In this document: positions 17,737-27,676 of the stretch, one piece after another
Position numbering within the stretch: position 1 is the stretch's first letter
Layout: every line of letters starts with the position of its first letter
Source of the DNA: an uncultured virus (IMG/VR IMGVR_UViG_3300037296_000406)
Lineage: Duplodnaviria; Heunggongvirae; Uroviricota; Caudoviricetes
Strand: one strand, 5' to 3'
Length of the DNA stretch: 64,000 nucleotides
Virus record (IMG/VR): IMGVR_UViG_3300037296_000406
Notes under the pieces: model-generated
Told to the model about the DNA's origin: nothing
Database searches by the model: none
The model's input: the letters and a program-made list of their open reading frames with translations, nothing else
Position numbers and translations under genes: made by a program

Positions 17737-20454
17737 TTATACTTTTTTTACATCTCTTTTTCTGACTATAGAAATCTCTTTTCTGGTAATCTTATTGTGA
17801 CAAGAGCCACATATCATCATTAAGTTATCTTTATGGTTAATATGTTTTTTTATTCCATTAATAATAACTTCTTTAATTTGACCTTGTTTTTGATCAATTA
17901 TATGATGAGTCTCTTGAACAGGATTATTATCACATAAAGGACAGATAATACCCCTCACGTTAGAATTATATCGACTCTTCTTCAAAGGAGCATACTTCTT
18001 GTTATAATTTTTTGCAACACGTATCAAATCTTCAGGTAATCCACATGATAAAGCGACATCGATTCCATAAGAACCTTCACCAACACCATCAACTAATTTT
18101 CGAGTAAAAGATAACTTTCCAATGTTATCAATATAAGTATCCATATTTTTAATACATATATTATCGTACTGAATTAGTTTTGGTCCCATTTTATGATAAT
18201 GAGTCGCAAAAAAAGTCAAACCTTTATTATCTTCTTTCGATAAGTAATCTAAAGTAGAGAACGCTAACGCTTCGCCATCTTCAGCAGAAGTTCCCCTTCC
18301 TATCTCATCGAATAAAAATAAAGATCGTTGTTCTGTATATCTTAATGATTCATTTAACTCTTTCATCTCCATTGTAAATGTAGATAACCCTTCAGACAAA
18401 GAATCGTATGTTGTCATTCTTGTGAGAATATTTTGAAAAGTTGTTAATTCAGAACCTTTATCTGAGGAAATAAAGCAACCAATTTGAGCCATTATTATAT
18501 TCAGAGCTAAAGCTTTTAATACAGTTGATTTACCAGAAGAGTTTGCTCCGTAAATACACATAATATCTTTATCTTTATCAAAAAAAATATCATTTGGAGT
18601 ATATTCTTCTTCTAATCTAAAGTTATTTTCAACAACAGGGTGCCTTAAATTTTTTATGTTCAAAAATGAGTGTTCACTTTCTATTAATGTAGGCTTGTTG
18701 TAATCTCTTTCTTGAGATATTCTAGCAAAGTTATTTAAAACATCTACCTTAGAAATTTCTTCACTTATAGAATGTAAATCTTTTCCAAATAATTCTGATA
18801 CCTTGGACAAGAACAATCTCCACTCTTTAAAAGCTTTCATTTTATATCTTTGCATATCTAAAAAAGCTTTGTTGGATACGTTAATCCATTCATCATCAAT
18901 AACTTCAACTTCAGATGCTAGAATTTTAAAACTTACTATTTGATTCAGTTTTTTTGTTTTACAATTAAAACTTTTAGGACCCTTTAGTTTATAGCTTTCT
19001 TTAGTTTGTATTATCTCTTTAAATTTTTTCTTATTATCTATAAGAAATTCTTGTGCTTTAATATCATATTCTTTTTTTAAAGAATTCATATCTTCATGTG
19101 ATTTTTCCCACTTTTCTTTTCTTTCTAGTAGAGATTTTGCAAAATCTCCTTTAAAATAAAGATAACTATTTTCAGTCTCTAAAGAAAGTTCCTCGAAGTC
19201 TATATTTTCACTAAGATACTTTATTATTGTATCAACTGTTTTATGGGTTTCATTATTTTCTGTCTTTAATATTGAATGAATGCTTAATAGACTACTATAT
19301 AGATTAGATATATCCATAGGGTCTATAGTACCTAAAAAAATTCTTCTTGACATTCTTGCGATATCATAAACTTTTTTAAGCTCTTTATAATCTGTTTTAT
19401 TTTTAATATATTTTTCAACAACAGTATATCTAGCTTCAATCTCATCGATATTAATGAGAGGCTCTCTTAACCACTCTCTAAGTTTCCTTCTACCCATAGC
19501 AGTATAACACTTATCTAAGCAGTAAGCTAAAGAGTCTTCTTCAGAACCTGATTGATTTTCGAATACCTCTAAAGATTTTAAACCGTTCATAGGAATAAGA
19601 AGATGATTAGTTTTGTTATATATTTCTGGTTCTGATAGTTTTCTTAATAGAGAAGTACTGTATTCTGTAGAAGATAAGTGGTCTACGAGATTAGCTAAAG
19701 ATAATGTAGCAAAACGCCATTTATCCAATCCTAATGTAGATATATGATATTCAGGGTTCGATGTTGGTGTATCAAGATTGTACAAGTGAGAAAGAACTCT
19801 CCCTGAGTCAGCTAAGTTTTTAATATTCATCTTACTCTTATTGTGAACAAATTTAAATTTCTTTGTATTTATTTTTAAATCCCCAAAAACAAGAATCTCT
19901 GTTGGATTAAAATTATTTAAATAATCGTTCAAATCTTGTTCTAATATTTCCGTAACCTTAACTGCACCAGTACTCAAGTCAACGAGAGATATTCCTATAA
20001 TGTTATCTTGTTTAATTAAGCATGCATAGTAATTATTTTTCTCTTCAGATAAGTTTTCAACGATTGTTCCCGGAGTAAGAATCTTCTCAATAAATCTTGG
20101 CACTCCTTTATTCTGATCGGATTTTCTTCCATTTATTTTTTGTGAAACTACTATAACAGTATTTCCATTGTTTACTAATTTTTTAAAATAAAAATCTGAT
20201 ACAGAAACATTAAATCCGCACATCGCTGGACTTTTAGGGTCTGCTTTATTTCTTTTTGTTTTCTTAATATCTAATATTCTATGAGCTTTTTCAACATGAC
20301 CTAATTCGTTCTTAGACCATATTTCATAAAAATCTCCTACTTGGTAACATATTATTGCTTCTGGATTTTTATACTGTATAGAGAAGTAGTGTTGATACAT
20401 TGGAGACAATGCTTGAAACTCTTTAGGTAAAATTAAAGATTCTTTTTCACTCAC
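17737..20454 (-). CDS. mutS: MutS-family ATPase with C-terminal HNH endonuclease (MutS7-like)
   Basis: Mismatch motif QVGDFYE, TAMGRRKL, RHPVVE, Walker A GANSSGKST, STFTMEM, DEIGRGTS, FATHYH. C-terminus CPLC...ETHHI...NL..ICGSCHN. Confidence 0.93.
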   Translation of the reverse strand: MSEKESLILPKEFQALSPMYQHYFSIQYKNPEAIICYQVGDFYEIWSKNELGHVEKAHRILDIKKTKRNKADPKSPAMCGFNVSVSDFYFKKLVNNGNTVIVVSQKINGRKSDQNKGVPRFIEKILTPGTIVENLSEEKNNYYACLIKQDNIIGISLVDLSTGAVKVTEILEQDLNDYLNNFNPTEILVFGDLKINTKKFKFVHNKSKMNIKNLADSGRVLSHLYNLDTPTSNPEYHISTLGLDKWRFATLSLANLVDHLSSTEYSTSLLRKLSEPEIYNKTNHLLIPMNGLKSLEVFENQSGSEEDSLAYCLDKCYTAMGRRKLREWLREPLINIDEIEARYTVVEKYIKNKTDYKELKKVYDIARMSRRIFLGTIDPMDISNLYSSLLSIHSILKTENNETHKTVDTIIKYLSENIDFEELSLETENSYLYFKGDFAKSLLERKEKWEKSHEDMNSLKKEYDIKAQEFLIDNKKKFKEIIQTKESYKLKGPKSFNCKTKKLNQIVSFKILASEVEVIDDEWINVSNKAFLDMQRYKMKAFKEWRLFLSKVSELFGKDLHSISEEISKVDVLNNFARISQERDYNKPTLIESEHSFLNIKNLRHPVVENNFRLEEEYTPNDIFFDKDKDIMCIYGANSSGKSTVLKALALNIIMAQIGCFISSDKGSELTTFQNILTRMTTYDSLSEGLSTFTMEMKELNESLRYTEQRSLFLFDEIGRGTSAEDGEALAFSTLDYLSKEDNKGLTFFATHYHKMGPKLIQYDNICIKNMDTYIDNIGKLSFTRKLVDGVGEGSYGIDVALSCGLPEDLIRVAKNYNKKYAPLKKSRYNSNVRGIICPLCDNNPVQETHHIIDQKQGQIKEVIINGIKKHINHKDNLMMICGSCHNKITRKEISIVRKRDVKKV

Positions 20455-20465
20455 AATTCCCTTCT

Positions 20466-20678
20466 TTATATTTTAGTAGTATGTTTTTTTTCTTTATTTT
20501 CAACTGACCTCTTATAATCAGATTTTTTCTTTTTCATTCTCTTCTTTTCACTTTTTGATACATGATGTTGTCTATCTTTAATTTCTATAATTAAGTTAGA
20601 TTCACGAATCTTCTTTTTAAATTTTGATAACATTTTATTTTCGTTACCTTTATAATCATCTAATTCTAGTTTTATCAT
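20466..20678 (-). CDS. rpsU: Ribosomal protein bS21 homolog
   Basis: 70 aa, basic. KMLSKFKKKI...IIEIKDRQHHVSKSEKKRMKKK fits the bS21 pattern (AL++FK++...E++.R.++.KPSE++). Confidence 0.75.
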   Translation of the reverse strand: MIKLELDDYKGNENKMLSKFKKKIRESNLIIEIKDRQHHVSKSEKKRMKKKKSDYKRSVENKEKKHTTKI

Positions 20679-20680
20679 AA

Positions 20681-20917
20681 TTAATCCATTACATCGTCTA
20701 AAGTTTTCATCTTTCTCATTTCGGAAGGTCTCATACTATGGTATTGCATTTTATTTTCGTAAGTATCTATGGGCAAGCAAAGATGTGATGATTTCGTCTT
20801 CAAGTCTTCATTACCATTAGCCACACATGCGTATGCGTAATCAGTCGCTTTATAGTTTCTGCTTGCACAACCAAATATACTTGTAAGTATAACTAAATTT
20901 AAAATAATCATTTTCAT
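20681..20917 (-). CDS. Small lipoprotein
   Basis: Lipobox IFGC; SD GAGG. Confidence 0.7.
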   Translation of the reverse strand: MKMIILNLVILTSIFGCASRNYKATDYAYACVANGNEDLKTKSSHLCLPIDTYENKMQYHSMRPSEMRKMKTLDDVMD

Positions 20918-20934
20918 ATAAACCTCTTTTTTAT

Positions 20935-21603
20935 TTATCTTTCTGTTCTTAATTTAGGTCTCAAAAAATATTCTAAACCTTTTGAGTTATCTTCCATAAT
21001 AAGCGTACCGTTAGGAAATCTTATTATTTTTAAACTATGTGTAGTAAATGGAAAAGAACACGTTTCTTGAGGAGATAAATTTACATTTTCTACAGTAGGA
21101 TATAAATTTACATTTTCTACAGTTAAGTCAAATTGATACGTTCTTATTTCTTCAATAATATCATTAGGGTCTATTGAGTCAGTTCCATTATTAGGATTAT
21201 AAGGGTCTAAAATGCTATAATTAACATCCTCTACACTAATTACATTTGAATTATCAGATCCAACTGAAACAAAACTTAAGTCAAACTTCCCATCCCAAGT
21301 TCCTGAGCATTCCTCTATTGATTTTAGCCAAGTATAGTTTACTAATTTAAACACAAAAGTACCTTCAATTAAACTAGGAATAGAATCTTCATCTTCCAAA
21401 ATAACATTACTATCAAATTTTACATCCCTAGAACCGTCTATTTTAGTCCAAACCAATTCTCCAATAGGTCTTGCGCTTGTTGTTTCATAAACAACATCAA
21501 AAAAAGATTGTTGCTCAAACTCAGTTTTCTCTTCTTCAACTTCTTGACCGCAAGAGCCTAGTACTGTTAGTATTAGTATAATAAGTAAAAATTTAATCTT
21601 CAT
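20935..21603 (-). CDS. Acidic lipoprotein
   Basis: Lipobox LGSC; internal 9-aa duplication. Confidence 0.75.
   Translation of the reverse strand: MKIKFLLIILILTVLGSCGQEVEEEKTEFEQQSFFDVVYETTSARPIGELVWTKIDGSRDVKFDSNVILEDEDSIPSLIEGTFVFKLVNYTWLKSIEECSGTWDGKFDLSFVSVGSDNSNVISVEDVNYSILDPYNPNNGTDSIDPNDIIEEIRTYQFDLTVENVNLYPTVENVNLSPQETCSFPFTTHSLKIIRFPNGTLIMEDNSKGLEYFLRPKLRTER
21075..21123. repeat. 22-bp exact direct repeat, 27-bp period, in frame
   Basis: ATAAATTTACATTTTCTACAGT at 21075-21096 and 21102-21123, encoding TVENVNL twice. Confidence 0.9.
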
Positions 21604-21838
21604 CTTTTTTTTCTAATCCTTCATTAAATAATTTAACTGCAGAATCCCATTCTTCATCATTAACTCCTGCTTTCCTTCTTTCAAAAGTATTAACAATGTC
21701 AACATCTTGAATAATACATGAGAAAATCTTTTGAAATTCATCTTTTCGATGACCACCTGTTAATACCTTATCGTCTAAAATTTTTTCGATAAGAACTAGA
21801 AGTGGTTTCATTTTCTCTTGTTTACTCTCTAGATTCAC
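21593..21838 (-). CDS. Hypothetical protein
   Basis: 81 aa; GTG start; SD AGGGG; CCATTTA at 21857-21863. Confidence 0.7.
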   Translation of the reverse strand: MNLESKQEKMKPLLVLIEKILDDKVLTGGHRKDEFQKIFSCIIQDVDIVNTFERRKAGVNDEEWDSAVKLFNEGLEKKDED

Positions 21839-21923
21839 GATCTACCCCTTTATATATAAATGGAGATTAATAAAAATTATACAATAAAAGAATAAATTTT
21901 GTTATATTCCTTTATTGTATTAA

Positions 21924-24455
21924 TTATCTTGATGGAGTTAATACAACTCTTATATTTGCTGGTGCAAAAAATATTCTTGCTGCTTGCTGAAGATCTCCCG
22001 CATATAAAGATGCAATTCTTTGAGCAATAGATGCCGTACCTTGTAAAGCTGCACCTGTAAGACTATCTTCAAGTACTTCTGAATTTTGGAAAGGGGCAAT
22101 AAAGTTTTGAGATAATGCTCCAATCGCTCCTGAAGTAAATGAACTTATGAAAGCTCCTAAAAGTAATTTACCTCTAGTATCTCTAACTTCTCCTTTTAGT
22201 CCCGGAGACAAGTCCGCAGAACCAATATCAAAGCTTACATCAACAACTCTTCCACCGACAGATACAGTGTCTAATGTAATATTCATAGTATATGTATCAA
22301 CATCGAATCCTCCTGTTGTTCCAAAAGCTATACTATTTCTTGGAATAACAATTTTACCAGACAAGTCATATACATCTGTGGTAATTTTAACTCTAACTTT
22401 TTGTCCAGAACCTTTATCCGTTGTTAAAATTCTTGTTAATAATAATCCCGGAACAACTAGGTCAGGAGCTAATTCAAAAGGTCTCAAATCGTTATTTTCC
22501 GAAACAATAAGAGCTTTGACTCCACCTTGATTCGCACCACCTTGAGCTAATGCTGAATTTAACGAAGATGTTTGACCCGCAAGTGTATCACCTGCATTTA
22601 AAAATTCTTTTTCAATTCTTTTCTGTTCAGCTATATCATCAGCTTTCTTTCTTCTCATTAGTTTAATAATTTTTATTTGGTCTGGAGACAACTCTTTTCC
22701 ATCTATTCCAGTCATTCCTTTTTTTCTAGACCTAGCTATTTTAGTTTTGTTTTTTTGTTTTTGAATAAATATTAATGGTTTAATGTCTTTACATCTAGTC
22801 CAATTGGATTCAGACACAGTCATTCCTGAAGGATATATAGTCTGAAAATCTACACCTATTTGGTCTATAGTTGATTGCATTCCAGTTATTAATTTTGCTA
22901 ATCTATCTTTTTGTTTTTGCAAAGTCTCCTGTAATTCTGATAATCTCTTTTGTAATTCTGCAAATCTTTGTAAAGCCGCTTGTTGCGCAGGTGTTAGTGG
23001 AAGACCTTGTGATAACCTTTCTGCTGCCTCTCTAGCCGCGGCCTGTGCTCTAGCTAATTCTTCTCTCATTGCATCCATCTCTGCTTGCCTTTTAGCTATA
23101 TCATCAGCTAAGGCTCTACCAAGAGCTTCCTTATCTACACCAGATGATATATTTCCAAATTCTGCTCTTGTTCCTAATAACTTTTCTTCAGATTCTGATA
23201 AAGTTCTACCTAAGGCTTTTTTCAATAAAGCACCTGCGAGTTCATTGTTCCCTGCTCTCTTTGCTTCAGCTGCCTTTCTAAGAGTTTCGCCATCTATATT
23301 GACTAAGTCTGCTTCCTCTGGAGTAAGTTCTTCTCCATTTAGTTGCTTTAATAAAGCATCTGCAATATCTGTCTCACCTAAGAATCTAGCATCAAGAATT
23401 TTTCTTGCAGTATCTCTTTTTCTTGGGTCAGAAGACAATAAAGCTTCTGCAATTGCATAGTCGGGGTCATCAATACTGATTTCACCTTTTAAAAATCTTC
23501 TTAACAGTTCTTCTTCTTCAGGAGAAAGATTTTCAGCATTCATTAAATTTTTAATAAAATCAGGATTATTTAATGCTTCAGCTAGTAGCTTATTAATGAT
23601 TCCTTTCATTTTTGGGTCTGTTAGCATTTTAATTAATAATTCAGGTGAACAGTTTTCAAGTAAAGCCTTAAACACTTGCACATCCTCACTTGTCAATCCT
23701 AGATAGGTCTCTAAACCATTTGGAGTGATTATTGCTTGCCTAAGTTTTGATTGATTTTTAAGCAATTCTATTACTTTTTCATTCAATAATTTATTTCCAA
23801 TAACTTCAGCTATAAATCTATTTCCACCACTTGTAACTATTTGTTTTTCAAATGTATCTTTACATTCTGGCTCGGCACTAAATAATTCATTATATAACTT
23901 TTTTTCTTCTGCAGAAAGCAATCCATTATCTAATAATTTCTGAGCTAGATTTAGTTCTTCGGGAGATAAACCTAAAAGATTATTCTCTAAACAGTATTTA
24001 AGTCTTTTCTTTTCGTTAAGTCCAAGAGTCTCTCCCTTCTTTAACTTATTTAATAAAATTAAACACTCACCAGACTTAGGATTTATATCATCATCTTCTA
24101 GCTGATTGTTACCTCTCCCGTTATCTTCACCAAATCCTTGTATTTTTGACAGTGGATTCCCCGTAATATCAGTATTATATGGAATTTCTTGGGCTGTTAC
24201 AACTAACTTCTTTGAAATTTCAGTGTCATAGTTTTTAATCCCATCAATAGGATTAAATGTACTATTAAAAATTTGATATGCTGCGATTCCCGCAATAAAA
24301 ACAAAAAATGCTGTTACTAGAATCTTTTTAACAGCCTTAGGGCTACCAAATTTAATCTTACCAGTATCTGGGTCTTTCATTTTATTGAAAATTTTGTCTG
24401 CTATTTTAAGTAAAGCAGTTCGTATTCCCATTAACAATTGCATTAAAAATTTCAT
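21924..24455 (-). CDS. Extended VirB10/TrbI/DotG-like T4SS core protein
   Basis: N-terminal TM, long helical and coiled-coil stalk, C-terminal TrbI-type domain (VVPGLLLT...VKITTDVY...VIPRNSIAFG...GLKGEV followed by helical antenna). Confidence 0.85.
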   Translation of the reverse strand: MKFLMQLLMGIRTALLKIADKIFNKMKDPDTGKIKFGSPKAVKKILVTAFFVFIAGIAAYQIFNSTFNPIDGIKNYDTEISKKLVVTAQEIPYNTDITGNPLSKIQGFGEDNGRGNNQLEDDDINPKSGECLILLNKLKKGETLGLNEKKRLKYCLENNLLGLSPEELNLAQKLLDNGLLSAEEKKLYNELFSAEPECKDTFEKQIVTSGGNRFIAEVIGNKLLNEKVIELLKNQSKLRQAIITPNGLETYLGLTSEDVQVFKALLENCSPELLIKMLTDPKMKGIINKLLAEALNNPDFIKNLMNAENLSPEEEELLRRFLKGEISIDDPDYAIAEALLSSDPRKRDTARKILDARFLGETDIADALLKQLNGEELTPEEADLVNIDGETLRKAAEAKRAGNNELAGALLKKALGRTLSESEEKLLGTRAEFGNISSGVDKEALGRALADDIAKRQAEMDAMREELARAQAAAREAAERLSQGLPLTPAQQAALQRFAELQKRLSELQETLQKQKDRLAKLITGMQSTIDQIGVDFQTIYPSGMTVSESNWTRCKDIKPLIFIQKQKNKTKIARSRKKGMTGIDGKELSPDQIKIIKLMRRKKADDIAEQKRIEKEFLNAGDTLAGQTSSLNSALAQGGANQGGVKALIVSENNDLRPFELAPDLVVPGLLLTRILTTDKGSGQKVRVKITTDVYDLSGKIVIPRNSIAFGTTGGFDVDTYTMNITLDTVSVGGRVVDVSFDIGSADLSPGLKGEVRDTRGKLLLGAFISSFTSGAIGALSQNFIAPFQNSEVLEDSLTGAALQGTASIAQRIASLYAGDLQQAARIFFAPANIRVVLTPSR

Positions 24456-24477
24456 TATTAAACCTCTTTAATTTTAA

Positions 24478-25509
24478 TTATAAATTAAATCCTCTTTTCT
24501 TCAAGCTACTAAAGTAAGGTAGTAAATCAATCATCATGTATTGATAGTGTCCTGAGGATTTATCAAGTAACATAAAATACACGTACCTACTTTTTATAAC
24601 ATATTCTTTATCAATATTGACGCTTAGTTTAAACCTTAGCGTTGGTCCTTTATATATTTCTGAAAATTTTGTAGATTGTAGTTTTAAGAAATCATATTTT
24701 ATTGGAATTTGATTAACTTGTAAATTATCTAGCATTTTCATCGCTAATTGAGCATCTGGTGAATTAGATTGTTGATAATGAATTTCAACGCCAAACACAA
24801 CCCAATTTGAATTTGAAGATGCGACCATATCATGAACTCTGATTCCATGAATATTCTTTCTTGGAAGACCTTCAGATGTTTCTATAATAGTATCTTCTGG
24901 TGTCATTATTTTAGATTGAGGGTTTAGTAATCCATACTTTTCTTTTACATAATATACTTTAGGGTAAGGGTTAACACCCGTTTTTGGGCATGATAAAGCT
25001 ACAAGATTTATTAAAAATGTTTTATCGTTACTTTTTGTAACTAGCCTTAAAGCAGATTCCCAGTGATTATTTTCAGGTATTTTATCTTTAAGTCTTATTA
25101 AAACCCCTCTATTATTTTGAAATTGTGTTGCTTCAAAATAAGCATTATCATCAATTATAACTCTTTGTAATTCATCTCTGTAACTTTCATCTAGTGCGAT
25201 GGTTACAGCAGCACTATAACACATTCTTATATGAAGAACATCACCATGTGCCATTCTAACATCCTGAATCTTGGGACTGTCTCTTTCAACAAGAAAGCCT
25301 AAGTCCGATGCTTGGTTTGTTACTGGAGCAGGTTGATAAATCTTTCTTCTTTTTTTAGAAGTTTTTTTCTGAGTCAATTCTTCAACGGATATTTTATTGT
25401 TTTCTAGTGACTTAAGCATAGCTGCTTCTTCTTTAGTGATAGTATTTTTTGCAGCAAAAGCTGTTGAAGATATCATCATTGCTATCAAAATCTTAATTAT
25501 ATATTTCAT
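24478..25509 (-). CDS. Secreted protein, putative VirB9/TraK-like core component
   Basis: Signal peptide (AFA); HIRMCYSAAVTIAL...LVTKSNDKTFLINL beta-sandwich pattern; lies between VirB8-like and VirB10-like genes. Start at ATG 25509 with SD GGAG. Confidence 0.55.
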   Translation of the reverse strand: MKYIIKILIAMMISSTAFAAKNTITKEEAAMLKSLENNKISVEELTQKKTSKKRRKIYQPAPVTNQASDLGFLVERDSPKIQDVRMAHGDVLHIRMCYSAAVTIALDESYRDELQRVIIDDNAYFEATQFQNNRGVLIRLKDKIPENNHWESALRLVTKSNDKTFLINLVALSCPKTGVNPYPKVYYVKEKYGLLNPQSKIMTPEDTIIETSEGLPRKNIHGIRVHDMVASSNSNWVVFGVEIHYQQSNSPDAQLAMKMLDNLQVNQIPIKYDFLKLQSTKFSEIYKGPTLRFKLSVNIDKEYVIKSRYVYFMLLDKSSGHYQYMMIDLLPYFSSLKKRGFNL

Positions 25510-25519
25510 TACAACTCCA

Positions 25520-26230
25520 TTATAATTCAATTTGTTCTCCTGAAATTGGGTCTACGATATGTTTAAACATTATCCCTTCAACTATTAAACCTTCAGGATT
25601 ATGTTTCTTAGCTCCAATATATCTAACAGTCATTTCTATTGTTGGTTGAGTTTTTTGCATTCTACCAATCTTTCTTTTACTGAGATATCCCGTAAATATT
25701 ATTTTCCAAGATTCTTTGCCATCAATTTTTCTAATTTTTAAATTTTGGGAATCAGCTACATAGAATTTACTGTAATTGCCTATTTCGATACTGCTTCTTA
25801 TTTTATCTATTGCTGCCAATCTTGCTTCATATGTTTTCTGAAAAATACCTTCTGTATGATTTGCTATGTATTCAAAGAAAGGTTGGGCATCTTCTTTAGT
25901 TCTAGGAAATAACCTAGTCGTAAACGTTAAAGCAAAACTTTTAAGTAGATTATCTATATCAACTACATCTGCTTTATCTAGAGTTTTAAGGATTACAGGT
26001 CTGTCTAAATCGAACGACCTTGGACACATTACTTGAGGAATAGAGTCGTCTGTTGCCATATGATATATCGAATAAATATTGTGAAAAACCATTAAAGCAA
26101 CTAGTCCAATAAGAATTCCCATTGCATTTAACAGGCTAATTCTAGCTGAATCTTTTTTATCTAATTCAGCTAGATCTGATTTATCTATTAATGACTCATC
26201 ATTCAAATTGTTATCGTTTTCATCACTCAT
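25520..26230 (-). CDS. VirB8/TrbF/DotI-like bitopic T4SS protein
   Basis: Single TM, NTF2-like layout, C-terminal NPEGLIV (NPxG signature). Confidence 0.7.
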   Translation of the reverse strand: MSDENDNNLNDESLIDKSDLAELDKKDSARISLLNAMGILIGLVALMVFHNIYSIYHMATDDSIPQVMCPRSFDLDRPVILKTLDKADVVDIDNLLKSFALTFTTRLFPRTKEDAQPFFEYIANHTEGIFQKTYEARLAAIDKIRSSIEIGNYSKFYVADSQNLKIRKIDGKESWKIIFTGYLSKRKIGRMQKTQPTIEMTVRYIGAKKHNPEGLIVEGIMFKHIVDPISGEQIEL

Positions 26231-26259
26231 TATTTCCTCTTATTTTTTAATATTATTTT

Positions 26260-26595
26260 TTATTCTGCAGAAGTCTTTTTAGCTTTCTTCGAAGGAACCT
26301 CTGGAACAACATCTTCTTGAATCACAGGTTCAACAAGGTCTTTATCAACTAATGGTTCTTTTTTAGATAACCTGTTTGAATACTTTGGAAGACCAACAAC
26401 TAACGCAGTTAATACCCCAGCAACTAACATCAAACCTTTTCCTGAAACTAATCCTGCAACAACCATTGCAACAAGAACATACAAAATTACTGTTTCATAT
26501 CCTTTTATTTTAGGTAGCAATTTTAACTTTACTTGAGATTCAACCTTATCCGTTGAATCTTTAATCTTTTTAGACACTTCATTAATTTTTTTCAT
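26260..26595 (-). CDS. Two-TM membrane protein
   Basis: Hydrophobic hairpin; SD AGGAG; in the putative T4SS operon. Confidence 0.7.
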   Translation of the reverse strand: MKKINEVSKKIKDSTDKVESQVKLKLLPKIKGYETVILYVLVAMVVAGLVSGKGLMLVAGVLTALVVGLPKYSNRLSKKEPLVDKDLVEPVIQEDVVPEVPSKKAKKTSAE

Positions 26596-26608
26596 ATCAA
26601 TCTCCTAT

Positions 26609-27676
26609 TTATTGTCCTGATACAGAACTTTCTTCTATTTTTACTTTAGGGTCATCCGAAGTCACAATAATCATCGGAAATGTACTTTGGTCACATCTAA
26701 TTTTATGACCTAAAACAGGAATTTCTTTATCTCCTATTCTAACTGATTTAGCTAAAACCGAACCAACAATTTTTATAACTTTCCCAGATGCATCTCGTTC
26801 TTCTTCAATAACCTCAACAGGTGTTTTTTGAAGATTATAGTTTTTAATCTTTGGTTTAGTACCTAATGCTCTATATACTCTAAAATCTGGAAAACATAAA
26901 GCAGTTAAGAAAACTTTTTGTCCTACAAGGGAAACAGATAAAGGATCAATATCTTTTATAGTTTCTTTAACGTCCTTACTTGCTAAGATATTAGTAGATC
27001 CTACTATTTCATAAGTAATATCTTGAGTATCACACACAACTGACTGCTTATCTCCTCTAACTCCATAAAAGTAAGCTACATTTGAATTCTCTTCAGAAGT
27101 TTTAACATTTGTTACTGATATAGTTTGTCTAATAAATGGCTCTAATATTTTATTCGATTTTGGGTCCATACATGTTCCAGATACAATTAAATCTTTATTT
27201 ATGTATTGTGTAAAATTGCTTACAGATACTTCTTTTATAATCATTTTAGTTATTTCAGGAATAGAAATTGTGGCATTGAAATTAACTAACTCTTTAATTG
27301 CTCCAACTCTATCAATAGATATTCTTGATAAATCACACTTGACATATTCACGAGTTTTTCTTATAATACCTTCTAAACTTTCTTGAGATATACTAGACAC
27401 AACGATTTGGTCTTCAGCCAAGTTACTTCTAGGATTATCATAAAAATCTGCACAAACTCCTGTAACTCTTACAGTAGTTCCTTTCATTCCGAAATATCCT
27501 AATTCATAAAAACGTCCAAAAACAAAAGCAGTTAAGATTACCCATGGAATTGGGTTTCCGAAAACTACTCTTAAGATTTTCTTTAAAAATTGAGCAATCT
27601 TATAAGCCATTCTCTGTAAAAAATTTCTTTTTTTGCCATCTTTTGTAAATTCTTCATTTTCTTCTTGTTTTTCCAT
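26609..27676 (-). CDS. Membrane-anchored protein with three repeated Cys-pair beta domains
   Basis: TM followed by VRVTGVC...VKCD, LIVSGTC...VVCD and VFLTALC...IRCD. Start MEKQE at 27676 with SD AGGTG; CCATTTA at 27709-27715. Confidence 0.7.
   Translation of the reverse strand: MEKQEENEEFTKDGKKRNFLQRMAYKIAQFLKKILRVVFGNPIPWVILTAFVFGRFYELGYFGMKGTTVRVTGVCADFYDNPRSNLAEDQIVVSSISQESLEGIIRKTREYVKCDLSRISIDRVGAIKELVNFNATISIPEITKMIIKEVSVSNFTQYINKDLIVSGTCMDPKSNKILEPFIRQTISVTNVKTSEENSNVAYFYGVRGDKQSVVCDTQDITYEIVGSTNILASKDVKETIKDIDPLSVSLVGQKVFLTALCFPDFRVYRALGTKPKIKNYNLQKTPVEVIEEERDASGKVIKIVGSVLAKSVRIGDKEIPVLGHKIRCDQSTFPMIIVTSDDPKVKIEESSVSGQ

Noticed and set aside
206..22530. Short ORFs such as 206..403, 1741..2067, 8696..9016, 9052..9312, 11255..11446, 12612..12800, 13817..14002 and 22147..22530
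   Set aside because: They overlap better-supported genes on the opposite strand or in another frame.
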